Shown: piece by piece, positions 21,129 to 33,088 of the stretch
Layout: every line of letters begins with the position of its first letter
Position numbering within the stretch: the stretch's first letter is position 1
Assembly: GCA_000004985.1 (NCBI GenBank)
Contig: GG738878.1
From: Naegleria gruberi
Lineage: Eukaryota
Length of the DNA stretch: 64,000 nt
Strand: one strand, 5' to 3'
Program-made: the position numbers and the translations under genes
Notes under the pieces: model-generated
Seen by the model: only the letters and a program-made list of their open reading frames with translations
What the model was told of the DNA's origin: nothing
Databases searched by the model: none

Positions 21129-23588
21129 TTATGCTGTATGGCATGTAAGGGTATAATTCTTGAATCCGGTTGCAATTGTACAATAGCTGCCTCTATTGGC
21201 AGTATCCAAATTCCAAAGCTTGACAGTTCTATCATAAGAACCGCTGCATAACCAAGTGTTTTGGTAGGATACAAGACATTTAACAGCATCAGTGTGTCCG
21301 ATAAGTTGTGACTCTCTATTCCAAGTCTTTGGATCATAAATTGAAATTGTTTGATCCTTACTACCACTACACAATAATCCAGCATGATAGCACAAGGAAA
21401 GAACGCCATTTGAGTGAGCCTTAATTTGCTTGATAAATTTAGTACCTGATCTAATATCCCAAATTCTGATATGTCCATCATAAGTACCAGCAACCAAACA
21501 ATTATAAACAGGATCATAAACCAAAGATAAAACAAAACTACTATTGTCCAATGTCATGATATTTTCAAAGTTTGGACCTGACCAAACTTTTACCTTTCTA
21601 TCTCCAGAACCACTGAAAAGAGTATTGTCACTTGCACATAAAACGTTAATCCAATCAGAGTGGGCATGAACACACTTTACACATTCTGCCTTTTCTACAT
21701 CCCATGCACGAATACGATGAGAATTTCCGTCCTTTGAACCACTGACTAAATTACCATAATAACTACATAATGCTCCGACTTTTCCTTCACATCCTGCCAA
21801 AACATGTTCACATTCGCCAGTATCAAAATTCCAAATACGAATAGAGTTATCTCCAGAACCACTGCAAATTCTTCCTTGATGGCTGTGTAATGCAGAGACA
21901 AATCTAGAGTGTCCCTTCAATGAAAGATAATAATCGGTCAATGCATGCTTATCATATCCTCTCTTGGCATGTTGTTGTTGATTGTCTTGGGCTTGAGTGA
22001 ATTCATCCTTTGATAAATCATAAACCTTGATAGAACCAACACCACCACCACTCAACAAGTATACAATTTCTCCTCCGGTCTTGTTATGATTAATTACAGG
22101 AACTGAAGTAGTGCTATTAGAACTAGCACCTCCTCCAGTACTTGTTGGAGTAGTACTAAGAACTGGGGATGAAGGTTTAATAAGAGAGGAAGGAAGTGTA
22201 CCATTACTTGCGTCACTTAGGGTTGGAGTACCACTAGATGCAGAACTGTTACTTGCAACACTGCTAGTTGTACTCTTTGGAGTAATGGCAATTGAACTAT
22301 TATAATATAAATTGTTTGGAGAAGGTGTTGTTGGAGTTGGGAAAATACGACCACTTCCAATATTTGGTGTAATAAATGGAGAGTTAACCAAAACATTATT
22401 AGTGCTATACTTTCTTGAACCAGAATTTCCACTTGTTGGAGTCATCATTATTGGTGAATCCATACCAATAGGATTAATCATTTGAATTCTATTTGGTGAC
22501 ATTTGATAATCATTAATATTTTGTGGGAAAAGTGGATCATTAATGGATGATAAACCATTTGAATTATTTACACCTCTATTTGGTGTTGCCAAAACACTCA
22601 ATCTGTTATTTTGCATGAGATTTGTATTTGGTAAATCATTACCACTTGAACCAAAGCTATTACTTCTATTGTATCTACCTGGAGTTGTTGTAACATTATT
22701 AGGAGTAGGAGATTTTCTTGGAGAAATTAATAATTGTTGGGCAGGATTGGTCATGTATGAATAAATACTATTCTCATAAGGAGATGATTTTTCAGGACCT
22801 GGGAATGTACTACCAATTGGATCATTATTATATCCAGTCCAAGATGAAGTAGTGCAACTAGATGCAGGTGATAGAGGTCTTTCAAGACCTACATTTGTAC
22901 TACCATTCATCATCATTTCAGTTGGACTTGGGCTATTACCAACAGTTGAAGTACTATTAACTTTAGTGTTATGCATCTCTTTTTGTCTGTATTCTTCTAA
23001 TTGATTTTGAAGTCTGGCAATTTCGCATTTGGCAGAATACAAGTCAGAGGATAACCTGGCAATTTTACTTTCCAAGAACATTTTTTCATTCATCCAAGTA
23101 TTATTTGCAATATGCATTGGAGGAGAACTTAATAACATTGGAGATGTAGAGTTTTGTTGTGGAGAAGTCATACCCATTGGATGATGTTGTTGATGATGTA
23201 CAGGTGTGCCTAAGATTTGTTGATTTGATTTACCAGAACTGTTACCCATTGACTTTCTACTTTTATGGATTGGTGATCTAATCATAAACTCTTCACTATC
23301 TAAATGTTGTGGTGGTGATGATTGATCATTTTCATTTTGATCAATCTCTCTGAGTAAATCCATACCGATAGCATTATTACCATTTGATGCTAGAACAGCT
23401 TGATCCATTTCTAACATGGAATTTCTGTCATAATGTTGTTCATGAGAGATTGTTTTACTATCCTCAAGTCTTGACAAGAGTGGTGAAGAGAGATGGTGTT
23501 GATGGTGTGGACTTTGGGAGAGACTATTAACTCCCCAAATATTTGTATTATTTACCTTTGATGGAGAGGAGTTTACAATGTTCATCAT
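21129..23588 (-). CDS. WD40-repeat protein with N-terminal low-complexity region and coiled-coil
   Basis: 819 aa. About 330 aa of S/T/N/P-rich N-terminus is followed by a coiled-coil (LESKIARLSSDLYSAKCEIARLQNQLEEYRQKEM). The C-terminal ~330 aa hold about 7 WD repeats (GHSRFVSALHS..SGSGDNSIRIWNF; SGSKDGNSHRIRAWDV; SGSGDRKVKVWS; AGTYDGHIRIWDI; SGSKDQTISIYD; SGSYDRTVKLWNL). Confidence 0.7.
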   Translation of the reverse strand: MMNIVNSSPSKVNNTNIWGVNSLSQSPHHQHHLSSPLLSRLEDSKTISHEQHYDRNSMLEMDQAVLASNGNNAIGMDLLREIDQNENDQSSPPQHLDSEEFMIRSPIHKSRKSMGNSSGKSNQQILGTPVHHQQHHPMGMTSPQQNSTSPMLLSSPPMHIANNTWMNEKMFLESKIARLSSDLYSAKCEIARLQNQLEEYRQKEMHNTKVNSTSTVGNSPSPTEMMMNGSTNVGLERPLSPASSCTTSSWTGYNNDPIGSTFPGPEKSSPYENSIYSYMTNPAQQLLISPRKSPTPNNVTTTPGRYNRSNSFGSSGNDLPNTNLMQNNRLSVLATPNRGVNNSNGLSSINDPLFPQNINDYQMSPNRIQMINPIGMDSPIMMTPTSGNSGSRKYSTNNVLVNSPFITPNIGSGRIFPTPTTPSPNNLYYNSSIAITPKSTTSSVASNSSASSGTPTLSDASNGTLPSSLIKPSSPVLSTTPTSTGGGASSNSTTSVPVINHNKTGGEIVYLLSGGGVGSIKVYDLSKDEFTQAQDNQQQHAKRGYDKHALTDYYLSLKGHSRFVSALHSHQGRICSGSGDNSIRIWNFDTGECEHVLAGCEGKVGALCSYYGNLVSGSKDGNSHRIRAWDVEKAECVKCVHAHSDWINVLCASDNTLFSGSGDRKVKVWSGPNFENIMTLDNSSFVLSLVYDPVYNCLVAGTYDGHIRIWDIRSGTKFIKQIKAHSNGVLSLCYHAGLLCSGSKDQTISIYDPKTWNRESQLIGHTDAVKCLVSYQNTWLCSGSYDRTVKLWNLDTANRGSYCTIATGFKNYTLTCHTA

Positions 23589-25687
23589 TGATAATACTTA
23601 GTAGTAATATATTCTTTCTTAGTAGATTTTAATAAGTTAAAACAATATTGATATGTATTTACTATCTAAATACTAGTTTGTTGTATATATCTATAAATAA
23701 TATTTTACTATTATTAAATATTTTTAAATACTTTTCAACAAGCTATTAAATTTCCTAAATAAAGAAATAATTTTTTTTTTCTAGTACTAACAAAATACTG
23801 TATTGTAGGATCTTCTCCTTCTTAAAGTATTGTTAGAGTTGGCTAGCAATAGTTACTAACTATTAGTTATTGATGATATCCAAATGTCATATTAGGTATA
23901 TAGTAGCATTATAGAAAATATGATAATGTTTGAGTGTGCACGATATAATTGGAAAGGAGTTTACCACAATAGGTAAGTGGTAAAGAGACAACATTTCCAT
24001 AGTACAATAATAGTGTATTATTATTTATAATATATAATTAATCAATTAATTTAAATAATAGTTATAGTTGTGATAATACAATAGTGGTAATAATAGTTGT
24101 GCACATTGTCCAGTATCGTGTTTGAATGGTCATAGAGTATGCATGTTACTATTGTTAATGTACGGAATATAATCAATTACTTACACTTGGGTTGAAAAAA
24201 TCTTCAACAAGCTGGAATATTAAAGAGGTGGATAATAGAGATTTGGTAATTTCATTGTCATAGTATTGTTGTTGAATGGATGGATCAGATATGGTTTGTG
24301 TTCCATTGAAGAATATTTGTTAGGTTGCCATCCGGAATTTGATCCAAGTGAGTGAGAGTATCAAATGATACAAGTAATGATGATTGGTAGTGAATCAAAG
24401 ACACCAAGATGGCCATACAGGGTCCAAGGTTCAAATAATAGAAGTCATGAGTAAACAGGGAATTAGAAATAATTTAGACAAACACACATTATTAAAAACA
24501 CATACCAATATAAAGAGATCTATTAAAATCACAATATACAATTAACAACTCAAAGACTTCCTATCAGAAGAGGAGCTATTGTTCTCTCTCCAATGAAACC
24601 AAAAATGAAATACAGGAATATAAATTGGATTGAAAATAGACTATTGATGATTCCGTATGACAATGTATCTGAATATATATTCAATGAGTACAACTACTAC
24701 TATTATCTATCGTCAGCACATCATTAAAACACACATTATTTAAAAACATACCTGCTTTGACGGTAGTCGTCGTATTGAATTGTCTTCTGCTACTATCAAA
24801 GGCCGGCTAGGAAATTGAAAGTACCTTGGACAGAGAATCGAGATTGTTTTTTTTTAGATGGGTTGTGTTGCAATCATCACTTATTCGCTCTCCCTTTGAG
24901 AATATTACACCTTGCAGTGGTCAGCAGCTGCTATTGTTCTTCAGCATTGAAGAGGGAGGTCAAACACAATGCAACAATGCTTGAAAATATTCCTTCTTCC
25001 TTCTTTCTGAGAAATCTTCCACCACAGGCCTTTACAGAGAAGTGAAGGAAGAAAAGCTGCAGTTCGATTTTTGCTTTTAAAAGAAAATCAACGAGTCCAA
25101 CCTCATCATGATAATGTGGTGTGAAGTTAGAGTGTATTATAAAGGTGGATTATCATATTTAATGGATGATGCAAATGTAACATGTTGTGATTCATTCACA
25201 TATTGGAAGAATCCTCGAAAGATCCGAAAATTCAAATATTAAACGTTGAAGATTTTCAATAATGCAACATCTCCTTTGCACTAACGAGTAATACAATTAA
25301 TTATTAACAATACTCAGTGGTGTAATATGTTGGTTCAATGAACCGTTTACATATCTCGACATGTTTCATGAATGTTGTAATGAAATGAAGCTTTGAGGGA
25401 CAAACAAAAACGGGTTGAGTCCAATTTGGAAAGCAGGGGGAAGAAAATTACAATGATCAAATATGATTGGTTCTATGAAATTTGAAAAGGTATTGTAATG
25501 TGTTCCAAGAAAATAAGTTCCTTGAAGTTGGTTGTTGTAGAGAAGATCGCTAATTGACTCCCAAACAGGTTACGTTTTTGGCAATCAAGAATACGGTAAA
25601 TTCTCTCTACTCTTAATGGATTCTGATAATAATTTAAAAACAAATTGCACAGAAGATTCTTAACGAAAGATAAATTTACAAAGTGAT

Positions 25688-27236
25688 TTATTTTGTGGAA
25701 ATTTCCTTAGAAACAACCAAACTGCCCATTTCATTCACCAAGGTACGATAGAAAGCATTATAGTCAAGGATGTTACCTTTACCTCTTCTTACTTCAACAA
25801 CTGAGAAACCACCACTTGTTTCTTCAATCTTAATACTAAATGTTATAGCAGCTTGATTTACAGTGGCCATACACTTAATTTCATCGTCACCCTTTGTGGT
25901 TGGTTTGGCCTTCATTTTATCGAGTTTTGAAACGATGGCTGTTTGACATTCTTGTTTCTTTCCTTTAGCCATAAATCTTGTTTGTCTCTTAATTTTAACA
26001 GATGCATCCGAAGACATGAGTGGATTCATAGAACCCATCATTAACATGGAAGCCAAATCGAAAGCATTCAGAGTATTGACCTTAGTTTGAGAATTTTGAG
26101 CTGGTTGTGTTGATGATTGAACTTCAGTAACATCTCCAGTACTTTTAACAGAAGCATCAATTTCCTTTTCAGTCAAACTGATCTTTGATGTAACTCTATC
26201 AAGTTTGAATCCAACCTTGAACCATTTATGTTCCATAATTTGTTCAACAGTAATTCTTTTTTCTGGATCTACAACAAGCATTCTACTAATAAGTTCAGTT
26301 TGGGCACTTGTAAAGTGAGGTGGATAAGAGAATTTTCCTGATTCAATCTTGGCAAACAATCCTTTCATTGTATCATCTTCAAATGGTAAATAACCAGCCA
26401 ACATGACATACAAAATAACACCACATGACCAAACGTCGGCCTTCTTTCCGTCATAACCCTTTTCCTTCAAAACTTCAGGAGCTATTAAGGTGGTTCAAAT
26501 ATATTACATTTTCGAAATTATTACTACTAGCAAAATTTAAAAAACATACCAACATAATTTGGTGTACCACAAGTTGTCATCAACATCTTTTGTTGTCCTG
26601 ATCCATCATTACCGGAGAGTGCAGATAAACCAAAGTCACTAATCTTTAAAACATCTTCACCATCCAACAATAAATTTTCTGGTTTCAAATCTCTGTGAGC
26701 AATTCCTTGAGAATGGCAATATTCAATACCTGAAATCAATTGTTGGAAGTATTTTCTTGCTGTTGTTTCATCGAATCTCTTGGCCTCAACTATTGATCAT
26801 ATTATGTTGTTTTATATAGTTTAATAATATTATCGTCATCATCATTAAATATTATTATTAATATGATTGGATATCCGTGTTGTGTGATCAAAAAGCAATA
26901 CAAATAATTATTAATATTGTATTGAATACAAAAAAGATACGTACCAATTCTGTCGAACAATTCACCACCAGTAATCAATTCCAATACAATATAAATATGT
27001 TTAGAGCTTTGAAGAACTTCTCTCAATTGTACAACGTGTTTGTGTTTTAAAATTTTCATGATGGCAATTTCTCTCTTGAGCTGGGCTTCCATGTTTTCTT
27101 GTTTGACCATCTTTCTATCGATAATCTTGATAGCCCAGTGAGAGTTATCAGTTGTATCTACAGCTAATTTAACCTTTGAAAAAGTACCTCTACCGAGGGT
27201 TTTTCCCAATTGATACTTTTCGATTTTCTTAGGCAT
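25688..27236 (-). CDS. CBL-interacting protein kinase (CIPK)-like Ser/Thr kinase with NAF/FISL motif, three exons
   Basis: Exons are ~27236..26946, ~26790..26550 and ~26481..25688 (about 442 aa). The introns are gtacgt..caatag (~155 nt) and gtatgt..cttaatag (~68 nt). Kinase subdomains: [33 protein letters not shown]. The activation loop is plant-CIPK-like: [36 protein letters not shown]-type motif follows the kinase ([16 protein letters not shown]), then a CIPK PPI-like C-terminus ([23 protein letters not shown]...[29 protein letters not shown]). Confidence 0.8.
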
Positions 27237-27664
27237 ATTTAATATCTACGGCTGATGAATTTTTTTGAGAGTAAAAATCAATACTGTGTAGCAGCTGATG
27301 ATTTTGAGTATTTTTTTTACTGTTGATTGGAGAGTTTTATTGTTGTTATTGTGTCTCTGTAAGTGAGTGAATTGTTGTTACCTTTCATTATCTAATACTC
27401 TCTGAAGCAATCAACAATGCAATGCAGGAAGAAGAGATATAATATCTTCTTGTGTTGGTTTCCAATGGAAAAGAGATTCGACTCAGTATTACAAGGACTT
27501 TGTAACAAATGTTTTAATATTCGTGCAGTCTAATTGGTTCATTCTATTTGACACCTGTTGCGAAACTTGACAAGTTGGAAGGGAAAAGTGTCCAAATCAA
27601 TTCTTTCACTGCACACAACCAAATTTGAGGGTGGTAAAAATTAATGTCATTGAATCGTAAAGGA

Positions 27665-28508
27665 TTAAAGGTACCTCAATACAGAGTGATTTTTCTGATA
27701 GGCTTGCAATATTTCATCAACTGTTAGGAGATTATCATTATTGGAATCAGCCATTTCCATCAGCTTGGTTGCATTTTCCTCAATTATTTGTTTGATATTA
27801 GGATCATTTACATCGTTTCCTCTCGCTTTAAATGCATGAGCTCTTTTGTAAATCCAATTATATTTGAATAAATAGCTTCCAAATTTAAACACTTACGTGC
27901 ATTCCATTATATTTTCCTTAGTCACCTTACCAATATTGTCTTTGTCATAAATTTGGAAGAAGAACCGTATTAATTGCTCAGGATCACTTTCTTTGGCAGT
28001 AGGTCTCTACTATTTGATCTAGTTCTTATTACTACTTATAATAACTTACAGTAATAGACATGAAAATCTATTATTTGTTATTAGTTTCCAAAATGTTTGA
28101 ATCACTTACAAGGTATTCCTCAAAATTGACAAATCCATCCTTGTTCGTATCCATGGCTCTAAACAAATCATCAACAATAATTTCTGGAGATGATATTCCA
28201 GGTTCTGATTTGAGAAATTCACAAAAATTATTCTTTTGAGCTTTCCCTGTTGGATACCACTTGTACCACTCTGCAAATGTCACAAATCCAAATCATAATT
28301 AATTATTGATTTCACAATATTCACATCAATTAATTAAAAATAGCATTTCCTATCACTAATACCTACGTGTGTACAATCTCTGAATTTCATTTATTGAAAA
28401 TGCGTTATTAACTTGTTTTTGATATTTTAACATTTCAATTTCGTCGTCAGCATCCGAAGAAGCTTGACTGTTACTTGAAATGTGATTGCTTTGAAGTATT
28501 TGACCCAT
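27665..28508 (-). CDS. N-myristoylated EF-hand calcium sensor, NCS/recoverin/CBL-like, four exons
   Basis: Exons are ~28508..28358, ~28270..28110, ~28006..27897 and ~27842..27665 (about 199 aa), all with gtaagt/gtaggt donors. It begins MGQILQS (an MGxxxS myristoylation consensus). Motifs track NCS-1/recoverin: EWYKWYPTGKAQ (compare QWYKGF...CPSG), the EF-hand loop DTNKDGFVNFEEY, FFQIYDKDNIGKVTKENIME and DSNNDNLLTVDEI. Confidence 0.65.
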
Positions 28509-28611
28509 TTTTTAATTGTAAAATAATAGAAGAGTTCCAACATAGCTCAATTCACAAATTGTCGAATATTTCGAATGAACAATAGATTTATCATAAAAGT
28601 GATAATTTTAA

Positions 28612-29121
28612 TTACTTTTGTTTTGATTGGTCAAACATTCGACGTGCTGACATATAGGAATCGTACATTGACTTGACTTGTGATTCTGAAGACCCATTTT
28701 GCTGTGAAACCCTTAAATCAATATCGGAAACAGTTTCGTGTGACTCGAAAAATTCTGTCAATACCCTTAAATTATCAACAACAAAATTGTAATCCCTGTA
28801 CACCACCTTTTTTTGATCTCGCTCAATAACATGAGCAAAATTTTCCACATCAAATACAGGAAGGTAATCACCAATGTGGCCACAATCAAAACCAAATCTA
28901 CCATCCTTTCCATAGGTCAAACCACCATGCACATGGCATTGAATGTTTTCGTAACATTTATTGAACATTGGGTGATGTTTTGGCAATTGAACATATCCTG
29001 TCCAACAAAGAAATGCATTTCTTTTCAAATAACAATCGTAACCACCTAACACAACGTGAAGTTCTCCATCCTTGCATGGATGTTCTTCGTTATCCCTTTC
29101 GAACAGCTCCTTATTATCCAT
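28612..29121 (-). CDS. Cys/His-rich hypothetical protein (possible metal-binding)
   Basis: 169 aa, ATG-initiated. The pattern is HPCKDGELHVVLGGYDCYL...CWTGYVQLPKHHPMFNKCYENIQCHVHGGLTYGKDGRFGFDCGHIGDY, with about 8 Cys and 8 His in 90 aa. No family recognised. It lies about 100 bp upstream of the EF-hand sensor gene. Confidence 0.4.
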   Translation of the reverse strand: MDNKELFERDNEEHPCKDGELHVVLGGYDCYLKRNAFLCWTGYVQLPKHHPMFNKCYENIQCHVHGGLTYGKDGRFGFDCGHIGDYLPVFDVENFAHVIERDQKKVVYRDYNFVVDNLRVLTEFFESHETVSDIDLRVSQQNGSSESQVKSMYDSYMSARRMFDQSKQK

Positions 29122-29912
29122 TTTTTTTTGTTATATGATAACGACTGCATAATTCGTGTCTATTTTAAATGTGCATTCCATGTACCAAACATTCGTTTTG
29201 ATTGATATTCAAAGTGTAAATGCAAAGAGGAATTTGCATTCGTTTCCTTGACAAGAATAGAACAATTTAACGAGAATGATCCTGTTTACAATGTTAAACT
29301 TCTTCAGTGGAAAAGCTTAATCATTTTGGATGACCAAACCATTAAATGATATTTTTTAAACCAGTGTATGTTTTTGAATTACTGTAAATGAGAACCTTCA
29401 AATAAATCTAATACGTCATAGGACAGTAGATGGATCTCTCAATCCAGAGCAATTTGCCAAATTAATATAAAATACCAACTAGGAAAAAAAAGTCACCAAT
29501 ATAAATTATCTAATGGACCAAACCAACAATTCAATATTAATACTTTTTACATAAAACTTTATTTTTGTAACCCAGAGGCAGTATTAAATCTGAAACATTT
29601 ATCCACTCAACTTCATCATTGCTGCAGAACTTCATCCAGGCGCAAGAATGTCGAAGGAAGCGTATTATTAATTTTCCAACACAAAAAAATATTGCACCCT
29701 CTACGCCCGCACGCAAGTGAAAGAAGAATCATTTAAAATTGGTTCATTCCAAACATCGAACCGTTTTATTTTTAAGTCATCACAAAAGAAATTTCATCTA
29801 TTGTTTGAATAGGTGCCCAACCTGAACAGCATTCTCTCATTTGTTTACCTTTACTCCGTATTAATCGTCATCAATATAACTTAGCCGCATCATCACACAA
29901 CTTTATTTTGAA

Positions 29913-32307
29913 ATGAATCAACAACAACAACAACATTTTGTACATGCTGCTACTTCCTCCTTTTCTAATTATCCATCCCAACAACAACAACAATCACTAA
30001 TGCGAACTCCATCATATCAATACCAAAATATTCCATCATCAGATTTAAATCAAATACCAATTCAACATCAACACTACACTACTCAGAGTAATAACACTAA
30101 TAATATATATTCTAACAATAGTAATAACATAATACAACCAACAACAAATAATGTTTTTGATTATAACACTCCACCACTAAAATCACATTTACATTCTACA
30201 GGGGGATCCAATAATTCTTCATATTTTCAAAATTCTCAATACAATAATTTTGGTCAACCACAACAATCTATGCACAATTACCATCATTATGGAGGAACAA
30301 CTAGTTATAAATCACCAACACACAATAATTCATCAGGGTTTAGTGTTCATCCCTCTCAAGACTTGTCATTCAAACAACAAGAAACATTTTCCAAACACCT
30401 AAATAATAATCAATCTCCAAATGTTGTACACAATTACTATCCTACTGCAACTGTTACACCTCAAACTTCTAAAATTTCTCTTGATAATTCTCCTAAACAA
30501 CATAGTCAACCAACAAAGGCCTCCAACAGATTCAGTGACAACTTCCTATCAATCACCTTCAACCGCCTTTACTCCAACAGAACTATCGAAAACCAAATCA
30601 CCTTCCAAAACTCCAACAAACTCCACTGAATCCAATGAAGACTCTGCAAGTGAGGAAGAATCTACTAATTCACCAAATGCAAGAAGAGCAAAGAAATCCA
30701 CACGTGCTTGTGAAGCCTGTAGAAGACATCACCGTAAATGTGACGGAGGTAGTCCTTGTCAAACTTGTAGTGGGAAGGGGATTAGTTGTGTATATACCGA
30801 AAGAAAAAAGAGAGGTCCAAAGAATGAGGCAACCAAACTTTTAAAGAAAGAAATTGAGGAACTCAAAGAAAAGCTTATGGTGAGTGAAAGAATGAAATGT
30901 GAATGGGAACAAAAATGTAAAGAATTGGCCAAAATGGCAGGTATTTCGATAACACTGAACGATCAGAATATGCCTATGTTTAGTAATTTACAAAACGATC
31001 AAAATAGTAATACTATGGCCTTCTCCAATACTCAGCAAACAACCATGCAGAGTAATGATCAAAGTTATCCTATTATATTCGATAGCAGTGGAGCTGTTGA
31101 TAATTCAAATCCTCTTTCCACAATTCCAGTCTTCTCAATTTCACTCTCTAATGAAGAGGAAAATAATAAGAAACGAAAGAGCGTAGAGAATAATCTTGAA
31201 AATCTGAAAAAGCAAAAATTTGACACCACTAACAGTAGTACAGAAATTGAACATTTGGATTTGTCACAGAAAAATACAGATCCCATTCCAACGGATGGTC
31301 AGAGGTTTGCCCTCTCTACAATGGTTACTCGTTTCATTAATATTTGGGATAAATTTGTCCATCCATTCCATTCCTTACTCCCTCCAAAATGGCAATCAGC
31401 AATGCCAGATCTTCTCTATGATATCATTAGAAATGATGGTGTCAACTCTGAAAATACCTTCTTCATGTACAGTTTATTATGTAATTCTGCTCGTTCTCTA
31501 GGAGATATCATGCTAAGTAGAGATTTGCACCATAAAGCAATGACATTGTACCCTCTTCATATGAACAACCCAGATCCTCGTGTAGGGTTTGCCTTGGTGC
31601 TTCTCTCCTATTACTCAATGTCTGTTGGTAGTTTGAGAAAGGCAATTGCTTATTGTAAGGATGCTCTTCGTATCTCTGAGGTGTTAGACAAACCACAACT
31701 CAATCTTCAAATGAACGCCTTCCTCTCTATTGCATCCATTTCAGATGACTATGAAGAAAGAAAAGTGAACTTTAGGCGACTGGGACAAACTAAACAAATT
31801 TGTGATGTAATCATGTCTGTCACGGGTGAAGTTCAAAATGAAATTACACACGGTGGTAATACCAATTATAAGGAATTGATTGCACAAATGGCTGACTTGC
31901 TTCGTCTCAAGAATATGTCCTCTTCTAATGTTACCTTAATGCATGAAATTGCCATTTATGGTATTTTAATATTGTGTCTTCATAAGGCAGGATACAGAGA
32001 TCTTGCCCTTAATTACGGAAGAAAATTATTGGAAATTTCAAAAGACACTAACTTTAAACATTGTTGTATTGGTACAAGCTCAAGTGCCATCGCTCAAGCA
32101 GCCACAATGTTCCTAGACTTTGAAGGATATCCAGAATTTTATGAGTGTATGTCCATTATGGATGAGTTATCAGTGAGGTATGAACTTGCTGGACTCATGA
32201 AAAAGGATGTTGAGGAAAGATTTGTACTCATGTCGAATCATCTTTCCTCAGGAGGTAGCAGCAGTGGAAGCTCTCATACCAATAGCCCAAACATGCAATT
32301 CTTGTAA
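29913..32307 (+). CDS. Zn(II)2Cys6 binuclear-cluster transcription factor with Q/N-rich N-terminus
   Basis: Two overlapping track ORFs (29913..30629 and 30421..32307) in different frames both look coding, so a small intron or a frameshift near 30500-30560 joins them. The zinc cluster is ACEACRRHHRKCDGGSPCQTCSGKGISCVY (CX2CX6CX5CX2CX6C), followed by a basic linker and coiled-coil (EIEELKEKLMVSERMKCEWEQKCKE). The C-terminal ~400 aa are a regulatory-type domain. Confidence 0.65.
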
Positions 32308-32686
32308 ATATTAAACAATAGGAGTCCAATCTAGATTTGTAGTGTGAATCAAAGTATTGTAAATTGAATAGTGCTTATTCCAAACAATCCAAATTCGAAT
32401 TTAGTGGTTGACTAGTCTGCAATGTTGTTCAACATGATCAACTAATGGGCGTTAATAAAAGAGGGAATATTCATCAACAAATTAAACCAGATATCAATAA
32501 TCAAAGTTCTAACTCACCAAAAACAAAAATTATTCAACACATTCCTGTCAAGTATTTTGAAGATTCCTTTTTAGAACCACTTACCATAAAGATATGGGTT
32601 TCTTGCCAATTTAACATAGTGACAATACAACACGAATACACAATCAAAAAAAATCAAACAACAACCAAAACCTCACAACCACAAAC

Positions 32687-33088
32687 ATGTTTATTTCAAC
32701 ATCAACTGAAAACGACTTTGTCCCTCAAACTGAAAGAAGAAAATCCCTCAGAAAATCATTGAGACTCTCAGTCAACCTTTCGAATAGTGGCTCTGCTTTC
32801 GAAGATAAACTTTTAATATTCATCAGAGGAAAACAACAACGAAATATTTCACTAGGCGTCTACCCAAAGCAAGGTCTCTTACTTCAAGTATTGAGAGAGG
32901 AATTTTCTGATAATAGACTTTCGTATTTTTATGATCCAGTGGAAAGGAAAGAATTGGACTATAACGGACTATGGGAAACTACAACTAAAACTATTCTAGT
33001 ACTAGAGGATGGTGATGATGTAAATGCTCATGTCTATGCTTTCCAAAAAGGTGATTCAACATTTGGCATTCATCACACAAATCAATAA
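32687..33088 (+). CDS. Small hypothetical protein (133 aa)
   Basis: ATG-initiated ORF of normal complexity in an otherwise gene-free 1.2-kb gap. No motif. Confidence 0.25.
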   Translation: MFISTSTENDFVPQTERRKSLRKSLRLSVNLSNSGSAFEDKLLIFIRGKQQRNISLGVYPKQGLLLQVLREEFSDNRLSYFYDPVERKELDYNGLWETTTKTILVLEDGDDVNAHVYAFQKGDSTFGIHHTNQ

